Shown here piece by piece: positions 27,076 through 32,000 of a stretch of 32,000 nt of DNA. Source of the DNA: Sulfolobus acidocaldarius DSM 639 (GTDB lineage: Archaea; Thermoproteota; Thermoprotei_A; Sulfolobales; Sulfolobaceae); the NCBI RefSeq assembly GCF_000012285.1, contig NC_007181.1:1260001-1292000 (forward strand), in the 5' to 3' direction. A program made the translations under genes and the position numbers. Below the pieces are notes generated by a model that had not been told where the DNA came from, ran no database searches, and saw nothing but the letters and a program-made list of their open reading frames with translations. The stretch's first letter is position 1; every line of letters begins with the position of its first letter.

Positions 27076-27828
27076 TTCATTGTTTAAAAGTTCAGGGGCT
27101 TCAAAGTTTATAAAATGTCCAAATCCTTCAATAATACTCAATTTTGATTTTTTTAGTCCTTTACTGAATATTGTAGCATTTTGCACATATTCGTCTTCGC
27201 TTCCATAAATTATTAAGGTAGGTACGTCTATTCTATCTAGGTCCCTGGAATAGTCTCGCGCTTTTAACAATCCTTCCACTGAATACTTATAACCTATCGG
27301 ATTGTTTTCCATATAAACACCTAGTATATCTCGCCATATCCTTTCATCCCTTTCAATAGTTCTAGGAAATTGATTGATTGATCTTCTATATTCAGCTAGC
27401 CCTCTCATCCCAAAATTCAATGCAATTCTAACGTATTTTTCGTATAGATCTGGTTTTGGTGCTTTATAAAGAGCTCCTATGAGTACTAACTTATCTATAT
27501 TATTTTTTGTGGAGTACTCCAGTGCGATTAGACTTCCTAATGAATGTCCAACTAGAATAGGATCTTTTATGTTTTCTTCCTCCAATAACTCTCTTAGATC
27601 GTTAGCATGATCTTCTATATAGTACGTTGATACAGGAGACGACGATCTTCCATGTCCACGTAAGTCATAGACTACAGTTCTACTCTTTAAGGCTGGACTT
27701 ACGTATTTCCAACTGTTTACAGAACCGGCTAAATGATGTATTAAAACTATTGTTGAGCCTACGTTTTCAGGATTCTTTATTTCATAGTATAATCGTATCC
27801 CATTACTTAAAGTCCTTAAAATATTATA
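27046..27828 (-). CDS. Alpha/beta-fold hydrolase; start codon unresolved (the ORF track gives only 27046..27585)
   Basis: The nucleophile elbow GHSLG is in the tracked part. My own translation of 27586-27828 in the same frame gives [82 protein letters not shown]. This is the expected N-terminal third of the fold, but it contains no ATG, GTG or TTG. Confidence 0.75.
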   Translation of the reverse strand, partial: YNILRTLSNGIRLYYEIKNPENVGSTIVLIHHLAGSVNSWKYVSPALKSRTVVYDLRGHGRSSSPVSTYYIEDHANDLRELLEEENIKDPILVGHSLGSLIALEYSTKNNIDKLVLIGALYKAPKPDLYEKYVRIALNFGMRGLAEYRRSINQFPRTIERDERIWRDILGVYMENNPIGYKYSVEGLLKARDYSRDLDRIDVPTLIIYGSEDEYVQNATIFSKGLKKSKLSIIEGFGHFINFEAPELLNNELHNFLYSTT

Positions 27829-29457
27829 TCACCGTTTTACTAAGCTATCAAGGTAAATCTCACTTATTACAACTGGAAATTCTATTTCAAGTTCCTCTAA
27901 CAGGACCGGATTTATCTCGCCAATCACTCCTATTTCAACACTTTTACTTGTATCAATGATCTTTGCCCCTCTTCCAGGTATAAACATATCGTCTAAGTAC
28001 GTCTTGTAGGTTGGTTCTATGTCAAGGCTCATTAATATTTGATGTACTCGCGACTGCAAGTCCTCATAGTTTACTTTACTATTCATTATTCCATATACTG
28101 CTCTGAGAGAGTTCTTATAACCAGTGTCGGTTCGCTTATCCTTTATCACGACATCCCCTATTTCAAAAACGTAAACAGGCATTATTGCATGCTGGTTATA
28201 TTTTAGAAAGTTAAGTAAAGTGGGTATCAATGAATTTCTCACAGCATTGTACTCTACTGTTACTGGATTAACTATACTTACATATTCGTTTCTTAGCCTC
28301 TTATCATTGGACAAAATAAATGTAAATATTTCACTGAATCCTGCTCCTATACTTAAATCCCTAAGTGTTCTTATTAGCTCAGTTTCTGCCGATAATTTAC
28401 CTGTAGCTTTTATGGTATAATCTTTTGGTGATAATTTATCATAACCTATGGTCATTGCTATTTCTTCTACTAAATCTATCTGGGAGAGAATATCTACTCT
28501 ATAAGGTGGAACTGTGACCTCTACAACGTCATTTAAGACTTTAGTATCAAATCTAGCCATTCTGAGATACTTTTCTATTTCATTTAGACTCAAATTTATT
28601 CCTAGATTTTTGGAAATATAGTTTGCTGATACACTTACTGTGTACCTTCTTAGTAAGGGCGAAAACTCAAACTTGGATGGTGAAATAAAATTCAGCAGTT
28701 CTATTTTACCACCCATTTCAGCGAGATCTGTTACCAGTATATCAAGAGTTGAAGATACCGCCTCAAATGACGTTCCAGTAACATCTATGAATATATTTCT
28801 AGTTTTTTCATCTATACGGGTCTTATCACTATTTATTATTGGTGGTATACTTAGCACATCACCATTTTCTTCCACTATTGCTGGACTTAATCCGTCATAA
28901 ATCGAGATGTTCCCATACTCTCTGCCTTGGGGAGTTTGTTCTATCACTTCTTTTATTGTCATAAGTTTAGACTGATTTAGGGGTATGAATTTATAGTCAA
29001 GTGGTAGTGGTTTATAATATATCTTAGTTGACGTAATTTTATCTAGATCATGTATTCCTATTGCAACCTTTTTTCTCTTCCTACCTACTGTAATATGTAA
29101 CTTTTCCTGAAACTGAATAAGCTCTCGTAAGCTCTCGTCATCCAACTTTATGTCCTTCACTATTCCAGCTACCGCATAAGGTCTACTTTTTACCTCCTTT
29201 ACCTCGAAAGAATATACACTTTGTTTTATGTCGTATTTAGGCTCTCCTAATTCTTTACCTAAGATGCCCTTTGCCGCTCTTATAATACCGTAAGGGAAAA
29301 ATAAATCAGGTCTATCATTGTTTACTTCTATTTCCACGTGGTCAGCATCTATCGGTTTAACTTCAGACTTAAGTTTAAACAGTAGTTCTTCTAGCTGGTT
29401 ATCGCTTATTTTTAAGTTATTTATTAAGGTCCATTTATAAGAGACTATGGTTGGCAT
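27829..29457 (-). CDS. pheT: Phenylalanine--tRNA ligase beta subunit (archaeal type)
   Basis: 542 aa. It has the B3/4 and B5 domain pattern typical of archaeal PheT and sits 2 nt downstream of pheS. Confidence 0.95.
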   Translation of the reverse strand: MPTIVSYKWTLINNLKISDNQLEELLFKLKSEVKPIDADHVEIEVNNDRPDLFFPYGIIRAAKGILGKELGEPKYDIKQSVYSFEVKEVKSRPYAVAGIVKDIKLDDESLRELIQFQEKLHITVGRKRKKVAIGIHDLDKITSTKIYYKPLPLDYKFIPLNQSKLMTIKEVIEQTPQGREYGNISIYDGLSPAIVEENGDVLSIPPIINSDKTRIDEKTRNIFIDVTGTSFEAVSSTLDILVTDLAEMGGKIELLNFISPSKFEFSPLLRRYTVSVSANYISKNLGINLSLNEIEKYLRMARFDTKVLNDVVEVTVPPYRVDILSQIDLVEEIAMTIGYDKLSPKDYTIKATGKLSAETELIRTLRDLSIGAGFSEIFTFILSNDKRLRNEYVSIVNPVTVEYNAVRNSLIPTLLNFLKYNQHAIMPVYVFEIGDVVIKDKRTDTGYKNSLRAVYGIMNSKVNYEDLQSRVHQILMSLDIEPTYKTYLDDMFIPGRGAKIIDTSKSVEIGVIGEINPVLLEELEIEFPVVISEIYLDSLVKR

Positions 29458-29459
29458 AT

Positions 29460-30872
29460 CTACAACCTCACCTTCATTTTTCTTAAGAAATCTATATCAT
29501 TTGCATATAATAATCGTATATCTTTCAAACCAAATAGTAGCATAGCTAATCTATCAATTCCAATTCCCCACGCTCCTGCATTCGCATCTATGTCCATTGC
29601 TTTTAGTATTTCTGGTCTTAACAATCCTGCTCCACTCATTTCCACCCATCCTAAGCCCTCAATTTTACCATAGACTTCAACACTTGGTTCTGTGAAGGGA
29701 AAATAACCAGGTTTGAATTTAATCTCTTTTATGCCTATTTTGTAGAATATTTCCCTTAATATTCCTAATAAATCTGTGAAACTAAATTCCTTTTGGATTA
29801 TAACTCCATCTAACTGATGGAACTCAATAAGGTGTGTGGCGTCTATCGAATCGGGTCTAAACACTTTGCCTAATGAAAATCCCTTAAAAGGTACGCTAGG
29901 TCTACTACTTAATATTCTCGCTGTAACTGCAGTAGTCTGACTCCTTAACACTAGTCTTTTAGCTATCTGTGGATCCCAAGAATATTTCCATCCCTTCTCA
30001 TGCATTTCCTTTATTTCCTTCAGTAACCTCTCGTCATCGATCTTTCCTAACCCATCTACTCTAAAACTATCATGAATTTCTCTAGCCGGATGATCCTGGG
30101 CTTGAAATAATAGATCAAAGTTATAGAGTTCCATTTCTATATAGCCTGCGTTTACTTCAGTAAAACCTAACTCTTTCATAACATCTTTTAACTTCTCTAT
30201 GAAATCTCTGAAGAAGTGTTTCTTTGCCAGAGGAAAATACGGTGGAAGAGCTTCTACGTTGTATTCTCTTATCTTATACTTTTTCCAGTCTTTACTTCTC
30301 AGCAATTCTGAGGTAAGTTGGGTAATATAATTCTGCTCCTCAAACTCTTCCTTGAGTAATGTTATTTCGAGTTTGGACTCTTCTTTTCTCGTTATTAACT
30401 TTCTGGATAACAATTCTTGCAAGACTTTTTCATCTGCAGACTCTGGTTTCAGTAGAGCCTCTTTCTCAGTTGAAAATGTGTAGTTTGAAGTATTCGGTAT
30501 AACTCTGTTCTGGTCTATTTTTACAAGATTTTTCTTCCTCGCCCAAGAAATTGCGATCTCTAAATCTTTTCCCATCTTATTTTTCAGATCTTCAATCAGA
30601 GACGGTTGCCCGTTTAATTCTTTTAATAGAATTTCTTCAGGAAAACCTTCCTTAAGCCTCTTCTTACCCTCTTCTGTAAGCTCAAACCTTATAATTTTCC
30701 TCTCTCCTATTTTAACATAACCCTTTTCCTCAAGTAGCTTAGCTAAACTAAAAATTGAGGAAAGTGGTAAACCTAATTCTTTGCTGATTTCCTCTGCATT
30801 TGCTTTTTTCTTAAGCTTTAGGTAAGAAAGTATTTTTATTTCATTCTCACTTAGCATCTTATAACTCCACAC
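29460..30872 (-). CDS. pheS: Phenylalanine--tRNA ligase alpha subunit
   Basis: The class II aaRS motifs are present ([19 protein letters not shown]; FTEPSVEVY; [13 protein letters not shown]). An N-terminal wHTH repeat region precedes them. The start may be the ATG at 30857 (MLSENEIK...) rather than 30872. Confidence 0.95.
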   Translation of the reverse strand: MWSYKMLSENEIKILSYLKLKKKANAEEISKELGLPLSSIFSLAKLLEEKGYVKIGERKIIRFELTEEGKKRLKEGFPEEILLKELNGQPSLIEDLKNKMGKDLEIAISWARKKNLVKIDQNRVIPNTSNYTFSTEKEALLKPESADEKVLQELLSRKLITRKEESKLEITLLKEEFEEQNYITQLTSELLRSKDWKKYKIREYNVEALPPYFPLAKKHFFRDFIEKLKDVMKELGFTEVNAGYIEMELYNFDLLFQAQDHPAREIHDSFRVDGLGKIDDERLLKEIKEMHEKGWKYSWDPQIAKRLVLRSQTTAVTARILSSRPSVPFKGFSLGKVFRPDSIDATHLIEFHQLDGVIIQKEFSFTDLLGILREIFYKIGIKEIKFKPGYFPFTEPSVEVYGKIEGLGWVEMSGAGLLRPEILKAMDIDANAGAWGIGIDRLAMLLFGLKDIRLLYANDIDFLRKMKVRL

Positions 30873-31542
30873 TCTGACCTGGCTTCAACACTAATGCCCT
30901 ATAGCCTCTTTTACTAACTTCCTTAACGAAGTCATCAGGGTTAACTTTGATTAAGTCCCATGTATTGAAATGTATTGGTATAGCGTATTTCTTAGGCTTA
31001 ATCATATCTACCGCAAGTGAAGCCTGATACGGATCCATAGTGAATCTTCCACCAATAGGAAGTAATGCATAGTCGGGCTTGAAAACTTCTCCTATAAGCT
31101 TCATGTCCTCAAATAACCCAGTATCTCCTGCATGATAAACCGTTATATTCTCTCCGCTTATAATAGCTCCTGAAGGATCACTATGTTCACTAGAGTGAAC
31201 AGCTTTAGTTAAAGCTAGTTTTAGTCCATCAAAATCTATAAACCCACCAACATTAGCTGGTATGAATCTACTCATATCGATTTTGTATTCGTTTGATAAA
31301 TATACTTCAAGATCGAATGTGGCAAATAATGAGGCTTTAGGATTCATTTTAAGTAGTTCTACTGCATCTCCTAAGTGGTCGTAATGGTCGTGTGTCACCA
31401 CAATTAAATCTACGTTGTTATTAAAAGAATCAAGTTTTACTGGACTTAATGGATTGTCTTTTATCATGGGATCGATCAAAACGCGTTTTTTATTTATCAA
31501 AAGTTCAACTGCTGCATGTCCTAACCATCTTAGTTGTGGCAT
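30859..31542 (-). CDS. Metallo-beta-lactamase-fold hydrolase (UPF0173 family)
   Basis: The N-terminus is [11 protein letters not shown]. The motif [10 protein letters not shown] matches HxHxDH, with later His/Asp ligands (YHAGDTG). Confidence 0.85.
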   Translation of the reverse strand: MPQLRWLGHAAVELLINKKRVLIDPMIKDNPLSPVKLDSFNNNVDLIVVTHDHYDHLGDAVELLKMNPKASLFATFDLEVYLSNEYKIDMSRFIPANVGGFIDFDGLKLALTKAVHSSEHSDPSGAIISGENITVYHAGDTGLFEDMKLIGEVFKPDYALLPIGGRFTMDPYQASLAVDMIKPKKYAIPIHFNTWDLIKVNPDDFVKEVSKRGYRALVLKPGQSVEL

Positions 31543-31594
31543 AAGAAATTATTAGAAGAACAAAAATTAAAGTTTCGTTTTCTTAAGTCTACTC

Positions 31595-32000
31595 ATGGAA
31601 ATTGATGAAATAGAGCTTCTTAGAAGAGCAGGTAAAATAGCCTCAAAGGCTAGAGACTTTGGCGCAAAAATGATTAAGCCCGGTGTTAAGGTTATTGATG
31701 TTTGTGACACTGTAGAGAAGATAATTGAGGAGGAAGGAGCAAAACCTGCATTCCCTTGTAACCTTTCAATTAACGTTGAGGCTGCCCATTATAGTCCCAT
31801 CATAAATGATACTAAAATTATTCCAGAGAATGCTGTGGTTAAGCTTGATATAGGAGCTCATATAAACGGTTACATCACAGATACTGCTGTTACAGTATCA
31901 TTGGACCCTAAATACGATAAATTAGTTGAAGCCTCTAGAGAGGCTCTACAAGCTGCAATAAGAACCATAAGGAATGGTGTAGATATCGGAGAAATTGGTA
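31595..32000 (+). CDS. map: Methionine aminopeptidase type 2 (archaeal), N-terminal part; 3' end lies outside the window
   Basis: My own translation is [68 protein letters not shown]...[17 protein letters not shown]. This is the pita-bread fold pattern with FP.N.S.N..AAHY and D.G..I.G motifs. Confidence 0.9.
   Translation, partial: MEIDEIELLRRAGKIASKARDFGAKMIKPGVKVIDVCDTVEKIIEEEGAKPAFPCNLSINVEAAHYSPIINDTKIIPENAVVKLDIGAHINGYITDTAVTVSLDPKYDKLVEASREALQAAIRTIRNGVDIGEIG

Noticed and set aside
27829-27831. The in-frame TGA between pheT and the hydrolase as a selenocysteine or programmed read-through codon.
   Set aside because: Sulfolobales are not known to have selenocysteine machinery, and no SECIS-like structure is apparent. 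PheT ends at its normal C-terminus, and the hydrolase N-terminus begins naturally a few codons after the stop. A non-canonical or lost start codon is more parsimonious.
353-28900. About 26 ORF-track entries of 60-135 aa lie antisense to, or out of frame within, larger well-supported genes. They are 353..550, 2111..2317, 2407..2610, 2838..3047, 6224..6409, 7443..7640, 8729..8947, 9677..9934, 15181..15381, 16138..16413, 17142..17366, 18408..18725, 19252..19521, 20263..20499, 21968..22375, 22427..22657, 23400..23624, 23850..24104, 24238..24504, 25323..25505, 25435..25632, 25960..26250, 26247..26489, 27627..27959, 28220..28420 and 28640..28900.
   Set aside because: They are shadow ORFs. They have low-complexity, Ser/Leu/Ile/Phe-rich translations with no motifs. 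Each is fully covered by a gene with strong family signatures. Such ORFs are expected in AT-rich DNA, where stop codons are depleted opposite real genes.
31571-31576. AGTTTC (an ANTTTC match) upstream of map.
   Set aside because: The spacing to the putative TATA tract is only a few nt, unlike the 14-16 nt at the ups sites. The hexamer is frequent by chance, and map is not an expected DNA-damage gene.
1-32000. A search for CRISPR arrays, tRNA/rRNA genes, IS elements or MITEs, and tandem repeats.
   Set aside because: I noticed no regularly spaced direct repeats and no cloverleaf-capable GC-rich segments. The only GC island, 8332-8391, is a simple hairpin. I saw no transposase-like ORFs or terminal inverted repeats flanking genes. 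This was a manual scan, so short or degenerate repeats could have been missed.

Overview
AT-rich, very gene-dense archaeal chromosome segment with many 1-20 nt gene overlaps and mostly short intergenic spacers. It is best explained as a member of the Sulfolobales. The centre of the window (about 10.2-21.5 kb) holds the UV-inducible type IV pilus operon upsX-upsE-upsF-upsA-upsB. Directly downstream lies the conserved four-gene DNA-processing cluster: endonuclease III, a ParB-like nuclease, a membrane GT2 glycosyltransferase and an Lhr/Hel112-like helicase. This is an already described Sulfolobales DNA-damage and DNA-exchange system, not a new one. The flanks are mostly housekeeping genes: folE (partial), glnA, thioredoxin, a beta-RFAP-synthase operon, a Xer-like tyrosine recombinase, an aminotransferase, a CinA-like protein, pheS/pheT, an MBL hydrolase and map (partial). 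I saw no rRNA, tRNA, CRISPR array or IS element, and no convincing wholly new multi-gene system. Four things remain unexplained. (1) An alpha/beta-hydrolase gene has an N-terminal third with no canonical start codon, and it sits in frame directly behind the pheT TGA stop. (2) A GC-rich 13-bp-stem composite hairpin lies in the only GC island of the window. (3) ANTTTC hexamers sit upstream of AT-rich TATA-like tracts before upsX, upsE and upsA. (4) There are several odd proteins: a degenerate ABC ATPase coupled to thioredoxin, an MqnA-like protein, an HTH-CBS/JAB pair and a processive-type GT2. All family assignments come from motifs read by eye and recalled family signatures. No database search was run.
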